A stretch of 64,000 nt of DNA from Clostridia bacterium (GCA_048355915.1 DBGCHZ010000037.1:907-64906), one strand, 5' to 3'; positions 20,409-32,147 are shown, counted from the stretch's first letter. Translations and numbers: made by a program. The notes: a model not told the origin generated them from the sequence alone.

Positions 20409-20885
20409 CTAATTTTCTTCAGTTTTAACATTTTTCTTTTTATAATTACCAGAAATAATTTTTGGTAAATATGAAATAATTTTATATACAGCTAAACGAA
20501 TTTTTTTACTCCATAAATAAACTTTTCTTAATTTTCTAGGAGAAGATAAAGAATTAGATTCATTATCTAAAACTAATAATTCAGTAGGTAATTTTTCCAA
20601 ATTAAAAATATAATTTTTTCCATCATTATTATCCCACTCGTTATTTCCATTTCTAAAACAGAAATTAAAAGATTCACCTTCACCTAATTGGATTTCAGCT
20701 TGAAATCCTAAATCTGTTTTTTCCATTTTTATATCATTTATATTATCCCAATTTATTCCAAAACCATAATGAATAAAAACTTCTTCAGAAGCATCCTGAA
20801 AAAATTTACCTGTATATGAAATTTTAACTTTACTATTTTCAACTAATTTATCTGTATTAAAAAAAATATTCTTTGTTAATTCCAT
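20409..20885 (-). CDS. CBM25/26-like carbohydrate-binding domain protein
   Basis: IHYGFGINW...NFCFRNGNNEWDNNDGKNYIF resembles the starch-binding CBM25 signature; no signal peptide; RBS AAGGAGA. Confidence 0.4.
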   Translation of the reverse strand: MELTKNIFFNTDKLVENSKVKISYTGKFFQDASEEVFIHYGFGINWDNINDIKMEKTDLGFQAEIQLGEGESFNFCFRNGNNEWDNNDGKNYIFNLEKLPTELLVLDNESNSLSSPRKLRKVYLWSKKIRLAVYKIISYLPKIISGNYKKKNVKTEEN

Positions 20886-21218
20886 AGATACTCTCTCCTT
20901 GTTTATCTTTTGCTACAAATATTATAATATTAAATTTTACAATCTTCAAGCATTTTTGGTAAAAACAAACAAAATAACAAAAATGTAATTAAATTGTAAC
21001 TTATTTGTAATATAAACAAAAAGAGAAGAAAAAATAGAAGGTATTTAAAAATAATAAATGAATATTATTGATATAGGGACAATAATAAATTTAAAAATAT
21101 AAATGAGTAATTTATAAGTATTATAAAATCGAGTAAAAACAAATAATTTTTTAAAAATATTGTCAAAAAAAATAGAATATGGTACTATTTAATTAGAATA
21201 TTTAAAGGGGTAGATTGA

Positions 21219-23234
21219 ATGAAGGAAAAAACTATTGAAGAAAAAAAAGAAATTAATAATGATTCTAATTTAATAGAGAAAAAAAATGTTGAAGAGCCAA
21301 AAAAAAATATAGAAGAGAAAGAAACTAGTACAATACAAAAAGAAAAAAAACAAGAAAAAAAATTAAGAGAAGAAAAAGAAGATAAAAAAACAAAAAAAGA
21401 AATTGTTAAAGAAAACGAAAAAAAGAATAAAGAGAAAAAAGAGAAGCATTCAAAAAAGGAAAATAAAGATAAAGAACAAAAAGATAATGACACAGAGAGT
21501 AAGTTTAAAAAGATAGAGAATAATAAAAAAGCTAAATCAGAATTTGAAAAAATGAAAGATCAAAAAGAACAAACTATAAAAAAACGTAAAAAAAGAAAAA
21601 GAACAATAATAATAAGTTTAATTTTAGTAATAGTAATGGCAATTTTCTCTACAATATTTGCATTCATAAATATAAACAATGAAAAAATAATAAGTGGTGT
21701 TACAATAAAAGGTATAGAAGTTTCAGGACTAACAAAAGAAGAAGCAATGGCTAAATTAGAAACAATATATTCTGAAAAGTTAGAAAAAGATTTAAAAGTA
21801 AAATATGGTGAATATGAGTCAGAATTAAATCCAACACTTATGGAAGTAAAATATGATATTGAAAAGGCAGTAAATGAAGCATATTTACTAGGAAAAGATG
21901 GAAATATATTCATAAATAATTACAAAATTTTAAGCACATTGATACAGAAAAAAGATATAAATGTTGAAATGACACTTAATGAAGAAATAACAAAACAAAC
22001 CATAAATGATATGGGACAAAATTTATCAGGAATAATGTTAGAATCAAGTTATACTATTGAAGGAAACAAACTAATTATAACAAAAGGAAAAGATGGAATA
22101 GTTATAGATACAGATACATTATTAAATAAAATAAAACAAAATTTAAATGATATAAATAAAACAGAAGAATATATAGAAATTCCAACAATAAATAAATCAC
22201 CTGCACCTATTGATATTGACAAGATACATAGTGAAATATATAAAGAAGCAAAAGATGCATATTATACAAAAAATCCATTTACGGTATATCCAGAAATAGA
22301 AGGTGTAGATTTTGATGTAGAAGCAGCTAAAAAGATGATCGAAACAGAAAATAAAGAAGAATATGTAATACAATTAAAAATAACAAAACCAAAAGTAACA
22401 ATAGACCAAATAGGGCCAGAAGCATTTCCAGATCAATTATCAACATTTAAAACTAGATATGATGCAAGTGACAAAGATAGAACAACAAACTTAATACTTG
22501 CTTGTAAAAAATTAGACGGAAAAGTAATAATGCCAGGAGAAACATTTTCATATAATGCAACTTTAGGTCCAAGAAGCACGGCAACAGGATATAAAAATGC
22601 AAAAGTATATGAAAATGGAGAAGTAGTAGATGGAATAGGTGGAGGAATATGTCAAATATCTTCAACTCTATATAATGCAGCATTAATGGCAGACATGGAA
22701 ATTGTAGAAAGAAGAAATCATCAATTCGTAACATCTTATGTAGGAGCTGGAAGAGATGCAACAGTTGTATATGGATTAACTGATTTTAAATTTAAAAATA
22801 CTAGAAAATATCCAATAAAATTAAAAGCTTCTTCTGTAAGTGGAATTGCAACAATATCAATTTTTGGAATAAAAGAAGAAGAAAGAGAATATACATACAC
22901 ATTTAAAACAAATACAATATCTACAATACCATTTACAACAAAATATGTAGAAGATGCGAATTTAAAACCGGGAGAAGAAGTGGTTAAACAAAAAGGTGCA
23001 AATGGTTTAGTAACACAAACATATATGACAAAAATGAAAAATGGAAAGATAATATCATCACAGTTATTATCTAAGGATACATATAGTGCAATGCAAAAAA
23101 TTATTAGAAGGGGAAAAGCGAAAACAACAGCTGTTCCAGAAAATAAACCGGCAGGTAATGAAGAAAATAAAGTTCAAGACAAAATAGATACAAATACACA
23201 AAATGATGATAAACAAGAAAATTTAATACAATAA
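21219..23234 (+). CDS. VanW-family protein with G5 domain and a long K/E-rich N-terminal tail
   Basis: about 120 aa of KE low complexity, one TM helix, VanW core (GETFSYNATLGPRS...GGGICQISSTLYNAA), C-terminal G5-like segment. Confidence 0.75.
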   Translation: MKEKTIEEKKEINNDSNLIEKKNVEEPKKNIEEKETSTIQKEKKQEKKLREEKEDKKTKKEIVKENEKKNKEKKEKHSKKENKDKEQKDNDTESKFKKIENNKKAKSEFEKMKDQKEQTIKKRKKRKRTIIISLILVIVMAIFSTIFAFININNEKIISGVTIKGIEVSGLTKEEAMAKLETIYSEKLEKDLKVKYGEYESELNPTLMEVKYDIEKAVNEAYLLGKDGNIFINNYKILSTLIQKKDINVEMTLNEEITKQTINDMGQNLSGIMLESSYTIEGNKLIITKGKDGIVIDTDTLLNKIKQNLNDINKTEEYIEIPTINKSPAPIDIDKIHSEIYKEAKDAYYTKNPFTVYPEIEGVDFDVEAAKKMIETENKEEYVIQLKITKPKVTIDQIGPEAFPDQLSTFKTRYDASDKDRTTNLILACKKLDGKVIMPGETFSYNATLGPRSTATGYKNAKVYENGEVVDGIGGGICQISSTLYNAALMADMEIVERRNHQFVTSYVGAGRDATVVYGLTDFKFKNTRKYPIKLKASSVSGIATISIFGIKEEEREYTYTFKTNTISTIPFTTKYVEDANLKPGEEVVKQKGANGLVTQTYMTKMKNGKIISSQLLSKDTYSAMQKIIRRGKAKTTAVPENKPAGNEENKVQDKIDTNTQNDDKQENLIQ

Positions 23235-23247
23235 AAATAGATAGGCT

Positions 23248-23290
23248 GACCTATAATAAAAAATATTTTAGGCCAGTCTTTTTTTATTTT
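23248..23290 (+). terminator. terminator GGCTGACC...GGCCAGTC + T7
   Basis: 8-bp stem with one mismatch and a long loop. Confidence 0.5.
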
Positions 23291-23572
23291 TCCGTATAAA
23301 ATAAATGAAAATAACATAAAAAATTATGATATTTTTACGTATTTATCTTTAATAATATTCTTATCAAAATATCAAATAATTAAAATGTAAAATCATAATG
23401 TAATAATTTTGAAATAAAAATGTAAATAAAAAGATAAAAGTATTAGATATTTAAAATCCCTAAATGAATATAAGAGAATGATAATTGGAGGAAAAAAAAT
23501 CTATTGAAAAAAACAAAAAATAGCTTAAAATATAATTATCATATTATAAATTATTGTAAAGAGGGATTGCAT

Positions 23573-26500
23573 ATGAAGAATTTTTATGAAAATTGCATAA
23601 AGAAAAAAATGAATAAAAAAATGGTAGTTATAGGTATTACTATAACTTTATTAAGCATATTAATAATAAACAATAGTTTTGTAGTAAAAGCGATAGAACA
23701 AATAAATGTTAAAGAAGAAAATGAAGAAAGTAAGATAACAATAAATCAAGAAATTGAAAAGTATGTTAAGCTAGAAAATGGACAAACATTGTTACAAGAA
23801 AAAATTTGCGTAGAAATGGAAGATTTTAAAGAAAAAGAATATGAAATAATAAAGGAAAAAGCACCTAAAATTCAAAATCAATTCCCAGAATCAACAATAG
23901 TTTTACTTAATGGCAATAAAATAGATGAATCACTTTATAAATATAAACCAGAAAGTGGAGAAATAGAAATAACAATAAAAAAAGAAAACAATATTGAATA
24001 TTGGAGAAATGAAAAAGAAGAGTATAAAATAATTTATAAATATAAAAATTTAGATATAACAGAAGAAAATATAATTTTAGATACAGAAATAATAACTAAA
24101 TTAGAAAATACAAGTAGTGAAATAAAAAACAAAAACACAAAAGATATAAAATTGATTGAAAGTGGAGAGAATGTTTCTATATCAGGAAAAATGACAAATG
24201 AAATATATAAAGGATATATATATGAAAATGAGGAAAATGAAACAACATTTAATGAGATATACAATGTAGAAATTTCTAATAAGGAAGATGTAAATGAAAT
24301 TTTTATAAAAAATGGAGAAACATATTTTATGAAAGATAATTCTAAAAAAATAGATGTAAAAGGTAATATATGTTTTAAAAGTACTAAAATTTTAAAAGAT
24401 GATATGTTAAATATATTAGGCGAAAAAGGAACAATTACTATAAAAAATGAGAATGGAGATATATTGTCTGTAATAAACAAGGATACAAAAGAAGACGAAT
24501 ATGGAATTATAGAAATAACTTATAATGAAAAAGATGTAAAAAATTTAGAAATAACAACAACAAATCCTATTAATGAAGGTAGTTTAAAAATAGTAAATAG
24601 TAAAGCAATATTACCAAATACCGAATATTCAAAAAAAGAATTAAAAGAATGTAATAAATTAAAGCAACAAATAAGTGCAAATGAAAGTAACTATGAAATA
24701 GAATCAAATTTATTAGATACAACTTTACAAGCAGATTTTAATGTGAATAAAACAGAATTATCTACAATGATGGAAAATCAAGAGATAGAAATAAAAACAA
24801 TATTAAAATCATATAACAATACAATGGATTTGTATGAAAATCCAACAATAAAAATAACACTACCAGAAGAAATAGAAGAAATTACATTAAAAGAAGAACC
24901 AAAAATTTTATACAATGAAGAGTTAAAAATAAAAAATATAAATATAGAAAAAAATGAAATAAATATTCAATTAGAAGGAAACCAGACAAAATACAATGAA
25001 GAAGCAATTGAAGGAACAGTGATAGATTTAATATTTAATGTAAAATTAAATAAAGAAGCTACAAATGCAAAAAAAAGTATTAATATGATAGTACAAAATC
25101 AAAATAAAGAAATAAATTTAGAAAAAGAAATAAATATAATTTCTCCAAAAGAAATTATATCATTAAATAATATAAAAGAGTTAGGAATAGAAACCTATGG
25201 AATTGAAGAAGATTCAATTATAAACATAGACAGAAAAGACAAGAAAAAACAAATAAGCATAAATTCTCAAATTATAAATAATAAAGAAAAAGAAATATCA
25301 AAAGTAAAAGTTATAGGTGAATTTCCAACAAATGGAGAAAGACAAGTAAGAAAAAATAAAATAGAAAATAACTTAAACTTAGAATTAAATTCAAAAATTA
25401 ATATAGAAGGAAAAGAATGTAAGATTTATTATACAGAAAATAATAATGCGACAGAAGAGTTAGATAATGTAGAAAATGGATGGCAGGAAAATTTTGATGA
25501 ATTAACTAATGTAAAGAAATATATGATAATAATAAACAAAATTGCTCAAAATGAAAAAATTGAATTTAATTATAAAGCAACAATACCAGAAAATTTAGAT
25601 TATAATCAACAAGCAATTGAAGGATATAGAGTAATATATGATAATGAAGAAACACAATCAGAAGAAGTCATAGAATCAACATATATAGAAATGACAACAG
25701 GAAAAGGTCCAGTAATAGAGGGAGATTTGAAAGGCTTTATAGGAGAAAAAGAAATAGTAGAAAATACAAACTTAAAAGCAGGAGAAGAAATTACTTATAA
25801 AATAAATCTAAGAAATACTGGTACAGAAGACTCAGAGAATGCAAAAATAAGTTTAGATATACCAACTGGAATGTATTATAAGAAAGACAAAAGCAAAAGA
25901 AATTTAGAATTGGACTTAGGAAATATAAAAGCAAATGAAAACAAAAATATAAATATTGGTTTAGTGGTAGATGAAAATTTAGCTGAAACAAAAAGTATAG
26001 AAAGTAAGGTAAAAATAAAATACAAAGATATTGAAAAAGAAACAAATATTATTAAATATAATATAGTTCCTTCTGAAATTATAGGGAAAATAGAGATGAT
26101 AACAAATAATGAAACAACATTTATAGAAGGAGATATAATAGAATATAGAGCAACAGTAAAAAACAATAGTAATGAAAAATTAGAAAACATAAAATTTAAA
26201 TGGAACATACCAGAATTTTGTAAAATAAATTCACAATCAATTTTAGGCAAAGACAATTGGCCAGAAACAAATTTTAAACCTGATGAAATTATAAATATTA
26301 AAAGTTTAGAACCAAAAGAAAGTGTAAAAATAAGCCTGTTTGTAAGTATTGGAGAAGTAGTAAAGGAAAATGAAAAATTGGTTGTAGGTGCAACAATAGA
26401 AAAAGGTGAGAATAAGTACATAGTACCATCTTCAGAAGAAATGCCAGTATATAGTATGAACAATTTTGAAATATCTATGGAAGCCAATAATGAAAATGGA

Positions 26501-27916
26501 TTTGTAGAGTCAGGAGAAGAAATTATATATAAAATATTTGTAATTAATAAAAATACAATAAAAGCTACACCAATTATATTAGACAAAATACCAGAGCAAT
26601 TAAAAATAAATGAAATAACAATAAATGGAGAAGAACCTAAAAAAGGTGAAATCGAAGAAAAAGAAAACAATAATATATATATACATACAGAATTTCAAGC
26701 AGGAGAGAAAAAAACAATAACAATAAAAACTTTAGTAAATAAAAAAGAATTAGCAGTACAAGACGAACAAATAGAAAATAAAGCAATATTAACAACTGAA
26801 AAACAAAAAAGAATAGAAAGTAATTCTGTAAAACATATAATTAGCAGAAAAAATGATAATGAAAACAATAATAATAATGGACCAAATGAAAATAATAAAG
26901 AAGAATATAAAATAAATGGAATAGTTTGGGAAGATACTAGTAAAGATGGGATATTAGATAATCAGGAAAAAAGATTAAAAGATATAGAAGTATTTTTGAT
27001 GAATGTAAAAACAAACAAAATAGAAGTTGATGAAAATGGAAATGCAATAAAAACAAAAACTTTAGAAGATGGTAGTTATATATTATCTAATATAAAAGAA
27101 GGAGAATATTTAATAGTATTTAAATATGACAATACTAAATATAAAATAACAACATATAAAGCAGAAGGAATAAGTGAAGAAAAAACATCAAAAGCAATAA
27201 ATAAGAAAATGAACATTGAGGGAACAGATGACATTTATGGAGTAACAGATACAATAAAAGTATTAGATAAAAACATTTCTAATATAAATATGGGATTAAT
27301 AGAAACAGAGAAATTCGACTTAAAATTAGATAAATATATAAAGAATGTTAAAGTAGAAAATAGTGCCATAAAAAATATTTATGATTATAAAAATACACAA
27401 TTAGCAAAAGTAGAGCTTGATGCAAAAGAAATAAACAACACAAAATTAACAATAGAATATAATATTGTTATAAGTAATCAAGGAGAGATTCCAGGTTATA
27501 TAAAAAATGTTGTAGACTATATTCCAAAAGGATTTAGTTTTAATAAAGAAAAAAATAAAGGATGGTATGAAAAAGAAGGAAACTTATATAATGAAAGTTT
27601 AGCTAATGAGAAATTAAATCCAGGTGAAGCAAAAATAATAACATTAACACTTGAAAAAAATACAAATGAAAAAGAAATGGGAACATATTCAAATTTAGCA
27701 GAAATAAAAGAAAGTTATAATGAATTAGGAATACAAGATATAAATTCTAAAGAAGGAAATAAAAAAGAAGGAGAAAATGATATAAGTACAGCATCAATAA
27801 TTATCAGTATAAAAACAGGAGAAAGCATATTATATATTACATTAATTATTTCATGTGTTTTAATAATAGCAGTAGGAATTGTATTTATAAAGAAAAAAGT
27901 ACTTAATATAAAATAA
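23573..27916 (+). CDS. giant cell-surface protein with DUF11 repeats and Cna-B-type domains; C-terminal SIKTG + TM + KKK tail
   Basis: ATG at 23573 follows AGAGGGA; a TTG at 23504 is an alternative start. Signal peptide present. DUF11-like units (ITYKINLRNTGTEDSENAKISLDIPTGM) and a Cna-B/SdrD-B-like unit (DGILDNQEKRLKDIEVFLMN...GSYILSNIKEGEY). Confidence 0.8.
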   Translation: MKNFYENCIKKKMNKKMVVIGITITLLSILIINNSFVVKAIEQINVKEENEESKITINQEIEKYVKLENGQTLLQEKICVEMEDFKEKEYEIIKEKAPKIQNQFPESTIVLLNGNKIDESLYKYKPESGEIEITIKKENNIEYWRNEKEEYKIIYKYKNLDITEENIILDTEIITKLENTSSEIKNKNTKDIKLIESGENVSISGKMTNEIYKGYIYENEENETTFNEIYNVEISNKEDVNEIFIKNGETYFMKDNSKKIDVKGNICFKSTKILKDDMLNILGEKGTITIKNENGDILSVINKDTKEDEYGIIEITYNEKDVKNLEITTTNPINEGSLKIVNSKAILPNTEYSKKELKECNKLKQQISANESNYEIESNLLDTTLQADFNVNKTELSTMMENQEIEIKTILKSYNNTMDLYENPTIKITLPEEIEEITLKEEPKILYNEELKIKNINIEKNEINIQLEGNQTKYNEEAIEGTVIDLIFNVKLNKEATNAKKSINMIVQNQNKEINLEKEINIISPKEIISLNNIKELGIETYGIEEDSIINIDRKDKKKQISINSQIINNKEKEISKVKVIGEFPTNGERQVRKNKIENNLNLELNSKINIEGKECKIYYTENNNATEELDNVENGWQENFDELTNVKKYMIIINKIAQNEKIEFNYKATIPENLDYNQQAIEGYRVIYDNEETQSEEVIESTYIEMTTGKGPVIEGDLKGFIGEKEIVENTNLKAGEEITYKINLRNTGTEDSENAKISLDIPTGMYYKKDKSKRNLELDLGNIKANENKNINIGLVVDENLAETKSIESKVKIKYKDIEKETNIIKYNIVPSEIIGKIEMITNNETTFIEGDIIEYRATVKNNSNEKLENIKFKWNIPEFCKINSQSILGKDNWPETNFKPDEIINIKSLEPKESVKISLFVSIGEVVKENEKLVVGATIEKGENKYIVPSSEEMPVYSMNNFEISMEANNENGFVESGEEIIYKIFVINKNTIKATPIILDKIPEQLKINEITINGEEPKKGEIEEKENNNIYIHTEFQAGEKKTITIKTLVNKKELAVQDEQIENKAILTTEKQKRIESNSVKHIISRKNDNENNNNNGPNENNKEEYKINGIVWEDTSKDGILDNQEKRLKDIEVFLMNVKTNKIEVDENGNAIKTKTLEDGSYILSNIKEGEYLIVFKYDNTKYKITTYKAEGISEEKTSKAINKKMNIEGTDDIYGVTDTIKVLDKNISNINMGLIETEKFDLKLDKYIKNVKVENSAIKNIYDYKNTQLAKVELDAKEINNTKLTIEYNIVISNQGEIPGYIKNVVDYIPKGFSFNKEKNKGWYEKEGNLYNESLANEKLNPGEAKIITLTLEKNTNEKEMGTYSNLAEIKESYNELGIQDINSKEGNKKEGENDISTASIIISIKTGESILYITLIISCVLIIAVGIVFIKKKVLNIK

Positions 27917-27932
27917 AAGAAAGGAGGTAGAG

Positions 27933-30900
27933 ATGGATAGATTAAAAAATAGAAAATATGTTGCTTGTATAATTATAATGTTCTTAATATTAATATTTTT
28001 AAAAGGAAATACTGTACAAGCGCTTTGGTTAGGACAAACAGGAATAACTATTAATGTAACACCAGGACTTACAGGAGCTCACTTTAATATGAGCAATCCA
28101 GGAACAAATGCATATTGTATTCAGCAAGGACAAAGATTAAATGATTATAACAATGATGGAGCAATGTTTAAAGTAACTAGGCAAGTTCACATATCAGGAG
28201 ATGAAGCACACTGGGAAGCAATCAATGGAGCATCAGCGACAAAAAAAGATCCATTAAATGTACAAATGGCTTGGATTATAAATCAGGGAGATCCAGGAAG
28301 TAACCATATAGCAGGTTACTACTCTGAAAAACAAAAAGCAATTTATCAAATATTTCAATCTTGGAGTGATATGTTGGGAATGTCAGGAGGATTAGCAATA
28401 AATGGTGGATCATATACATCATATTTTGTAAATGAATCTGCCAAGTATTATGAATCTTGGAAAAGTCAAACAGATGCATATGTAAATAATAATACTCCAG
28501 ATATAAAAAATATGAAGAAGGAAGTATACAAAGATCCATCATCGGGAAAAGAATATATTCAAGTAGGCCCAATAAATTTAACATATAATTCTAGATATAA
28601 AAATGCAACTGTGTATAATCAAAATGGTTCACCTGTAAAAGTAAAATATGCAAGATATGAAGGTAATACTTTAAGACTATATGACAATATAAATGATGCA
28701 TCAAAATCAAATCAAAATTTTTATATAATGGTAGATACATCTGAAAATGTTAGTACAATAACATTGAAAGCAACTGTAACTGCAAATAGACAAGATTTAT
28801 CAGCTGATGTTTGGGTATTACAAGAACAGAGCAATATGGGAAGACAAAATTGGATAGTAGCAGAGGGACAAATAAATAATAAATCAACTAATGCAGAAAT
28901 AACAATTGGACCAATAGAAATATTAGGAAACTTAAAAATAAAGAAAATAGACATAGATAGCAAAAAGCCATTGGCCAAAGTTGGATTTAAATTATACTAT
29001 AAAAATGCAAATAAATATGTAGAAAGTGCAGATGGAAATAAAGTAGCAACATATACAAGTGATATAAACAAGGCAAAAGAATTTTTTACAGATAGTAATG
29101 GAATAGTAGAGATAAAAAAATTAAAAATGGGAGAATATATAATATATGAAACAAAAAACCCTAATCAAGGATATGAACATATAACTACTCCTGTAAATGT
29201 AAAAGAAATACAAGTAAATAAACCTAAAAATGAAGTTACTATTGGAAATAAAAGAAAATATGTGGATTTGTCAGGAATAGTATGGGAAGATATTGGAGAT
29301 GGAAAACAAACATATAGAAACAATTTATATGGCTCAGAAGACAAACTAATTGAAGGAATGACAGTAAAATTGTTGGAAAACGGAAATGAAGTAATGAAAA
29401 CTACAACAGACAAAAGTGGTAAATACATATTTAAGGAAGTAGAAATAGATAAATTATCAAGCTACTATATATCTTTCACATATAATGGAATGAGCTATGA
29501 ATGTGTTCCAAAAAGTTTAGATAAAGCAAATGGAAGCAAAGCGACAGAAGGAAAAGAGAGAGAAAAATTCAATAATAGATTTGCAGAAATAAAAAATGGA
29601 GAAGCAATAGGAACTAATGGAAATAAGACACCAATAGAATATAATAAAAACGATAAAAAATACGAAAGTCAAATCGATTTAGGCAAGAAAGAAACTAATG
29701 GAAAAAAACCATATTATGGAGTATATGAAAAATATACAATAACATCAAATACATACAATGCATACAATGGTTATTTGAATTCGATAAAGACACCAGATGA
29801 AATTAGAAAAAATGATATCAAAGAAATAACAGACATAAATTTAGGGATATTTTTAAGAGAGCAACCAAATGCATCACTAATTAAAGACTTAAATAATGTA
29901 AAAGTATCAATAAAAGGACAAACACATACATATAATTACAGAGAGAGATTTAATAATTCTAAAGTATATACAGAAGGCAAAGAATTAAAAGACTTAGAAA
30001 CGCAGATAAAATTTCAGGGTAAATATTCTGAAATGACATATTCAAGACCATTATATGCTTCAGATATTTCATATGAAGGAACAGATGAATTGACAGTTAG
30101 GGCAATATATGAAATAGGTCTAATAAATAAAAGTACAAATTTAAAAATGAAAGTATCAGAAATACATGATTATTTTGATAGTAAATATGAATTAAAAGCA
30201 ATTGGAAGGAAAATAGATAAAAAAGGATATGTAATTGATGATACATCAATAAAAAGACAAGAACTAAGTGAACAAAACAACTATAAACATATTCAAATAT
30301 CAACTAATATAATAATAGAACCTCAAAAAGAAGAAAAAATATATGTAGAATTAGAAGTATCAAAAGATAAAATAGTAGAAATTTTAGATGGTAATAAGAA
30401 CATAAAATTAGACAATATAGCAGAAATAGGAAGATATGGAACATTAGATCCAAATGGAAATGTATATGCAGGTATAGATGAAAATTCAGAACCAGGAAAT
30501 GCAAATCCTTTAGATCCAAAAACATATGAAGATGATACTGATAAAGCTCCAGGATTGAGTTTAATTTTACAAAAAAATGCTAGAAAAGTAACAGGAAAAG
30601 TATTTTTAGACAATATAGAAACCTCTAAAGCTCCAACAACAATTATGACCGGAGAAGAAAGAAAAGGAAATGGACAGTATGATAACGGGGAAAAAGGAAT
30701 AAAAGATGTAGAAATTAAATTAGTATATGCTGATAACCCAGATAAAGTAGCAAAAATTTATGATGAATCTTCAAAAACGCTTACAAAAGATGCAATTGTA
30801 AAAACAAGTGCAGAAGGTGATTTTGAAATTAGTGGTTTTATACCAGGAAATTACGAATTAAAATATATCTGGGGAGATAAAGAATATAAAGTTCAAAACT

Positions 30901-32147
30901 ATAAAGGAACAGTAATAGATGAAAGCATATGGAATAAAAATGAACAAAATAACGAATGGTATAAAACAACAGAACCTCGTTACTCAGATGCGGTAGATAA
31001 TTATGAAACAAGACAAAATATAGATAATCAAACTAAAAAAGTAATAAATTCTAATATAAAGACAATTAATGATTATATAGAAGGCTCAAAGCTAGTGCTA
31101 AAAGATGGGGCAGAAGAAACAATGATAACAAAGATGGATTCTAAAACTCAAGACTTTAAAGTCAATATAGAATATAGTAATGAAAGTTCAGATATAAAAG
31201 AAGAGTTTGAAAAAAATCCAGACGGAAGCTTAAAATTAGATTCAGAAGGAAATCTAATATCAAAAGAAGAATTTAAAAATACATTAAAGAATGTAGATTT
31301 TGGAATTGTAGAAAGACCAAAACAACAATTAAATATAGAAAAACATATAAAACAATTAAAAATAACACTTCCTAATGGAGAAATATTGGTAGATGCAAAA
31401 GTGGAAAAAGGACCAGATGGAAAATATCATTTAGCAGAAAAAACTCCATATACAGTATATTTACCAAGAAGTAATTCAGCAGAAGGAGCAATAAAAATAG
31501 AAATAGACCAAGAATTAATAGAAGGTGCAAAGCTAGATGTAATATATGAAATAACTGTAAGAAATACAAGCGAATTAGATTATATTTCAGAAGGATATTA
31601 TAAATTTGGAAATCCAAAAGAAAATCCAGTAAAATTAACACCAAGTATAATAGACTATTTAGATGAAAGTTTGATAATAACAGATAAAGTAACACTAGAC
31701 AAATGGAATAAACTTTCTCTAGAAGACAAAAAAGAGTTATTTAAAAATGGTAGCTTAGATGAAAATTTGAAAAAATACATAGAAAAATTGAAAAGCATAC
31801 AAACACATATAAGTGAAAAACCACTAAAAGCTACCGAAGAAACAAAAGTAGAATTAATATCATCAAGATTACTTTCAAAGAACGATGAAATAATTCTAAG
31901 TAATAAAACAGAAATAATTGAAATAGATAAAACAGGAGGAAGACCACCAATACCAATACCAGGAAACTTTAATCCATTAACAAATGAGCCAAGAGAGCCA
32001 GATGTTGATACCTCAGAGGAAATAATTATTATACCACCTACGGGATTGTCAAATAATAAAATAATTTATATTATATTAGGAATATCAACTTTAGGAATAT
32101 TAACATCAGGAATAATTCTAATAAAAAAATATGTTTTAAAGAAATAA
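27933..32147 (+). CDS. giant cell-surface protein with Cna-B/SdrD-B-like and DUF11 domains; LPXTG-like IPPTG sorting signal
   Basis: RBS AAGGAGG, signal peptide. Cna-B-type units (GIVWEDIGDGKQ..., KKIDIDSKKPLAKVGFKLYY...MGEYIIYETKNP). C-terminus IPPTG + hydrophobic helix + KKYVLKK. Confidence 0.8.
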   Translation: MDRLKNRKYVACIIIMFLILIFLKGNTVQALWLGQTGITINVTPGLTGAHFNMSNPGTNAYCIQQGQRLNDYNNDGAMFKVTRQVHISGDEAHWEAINGASATKKDPLNVQMAWIINQGDPGSNHIAGYYSEKQKAIYQIFQSWSDMLGMSGGLAINGGSYTSYFVNESAKYYESWKSQTDAYVNNNTPDIKNMKKEVYKDPSSGKEYIQVGPINLTYNSRYKNATVYNQNGSPVKVKYARYEGNTLRLYDNINDASKSNQNFYIMVDTSENVSTITLKATVTANRQDLSADVWVLQEQSNMGRQNWIVAEGQINNKSTNAEITIGPIEILGNLKIKKIDIDSKKPLAKVGFKLYYKNANKYVESADGNKVATYTSDINKAKEFFTDSNGIVEIKKLKMGEYIIYETKNPNQGYEHITTPVNVKEIQVNKPKNEVTIGNKRKYVDLSGIVWEDIGDGKQTYRNNLYGSEDKLIEGMTVKLLENGNEVMKTTTDKSGKYIFKEVEIDKLSSYYISFTYNGMSYECVPKSLDKANGSKATEGKEREKFNNRFAEIKNGEAIGTNGNKTPIEYNKNDKKYESQIDLGKKETNGKKPYYGVYEKYTITSNTYNAYNGYLNSIKTPDEIRKNDIKEITDINLGIFLREQPNASLIKDLNNVKVSIKGQTHTYNYRERFNNSKVYTEGKELKDLETQIKFQGKYSEMTYSRPLYASDISYEGTDELTVRAIYEIGLINKSTNLKMKVSEIHDYFDSKYELKAIGRKIDKKGYVIDDTSIKRQELSEQNNYKHIQISTNIIIEPQKEEKIYVELEVSKDKIVEILDGNKNIKLDNIAEIGRYGTLDPNGNVYAGIDENSEPGNANPLDPKTYEDDTDKAPGLSLILQKNARKVTGKVFLDNIETSKAPTTIMTGEERKGNGQYDNGEKGIKDVEIKLVYADNPDKVAKIYDESSKTLTKDAIVKTSAEGDFEISGFIPGNYELKYIWGDKEYKVQNYKGTVIDESIWNKNEQNNEWYKTTEPRYSDAVDNYETRQNIDNQTKKVINSNIKTINDYIEGSKLVLKDGAEETMITKMDSKTQDFKVNIEYSNESSDIKEEFEKNPDGSLKLDSEGNLISKEEFKNTLKNVDFGIVERPKQQLNIEKHIKQLKITLPNGEILVDAKVEKGPDGKYHLAEKTPYTVYLPRSNSAEGAIKIEIDQELIEGAKLDVIYEITVRNTSELDYISEGYYKFGNPKENPVKLTPSIIDYLDESLIITDKVTLDKWNKLSLEDKKELFKNGSLDENLKKYIEKLKSIQTHISEKPLKATEETKVELISSRLLSKNDEIILSNKTEIIEIDKTGGRPPIPIPGNFNPLTNEPREPDVDTSEEIIIIPPTGLSNNKIIYIILGISTLGILTSGIILIKKYVLKK

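Noticed and set aside
21185-21493. 102-aa minus-strand ORF
   Set aside because: Antisense to the K/E low-complexity tail of the VanW gene (AAG/GAA repeats read as CTT/TTC give Ser/Phe/Leu); spurious.
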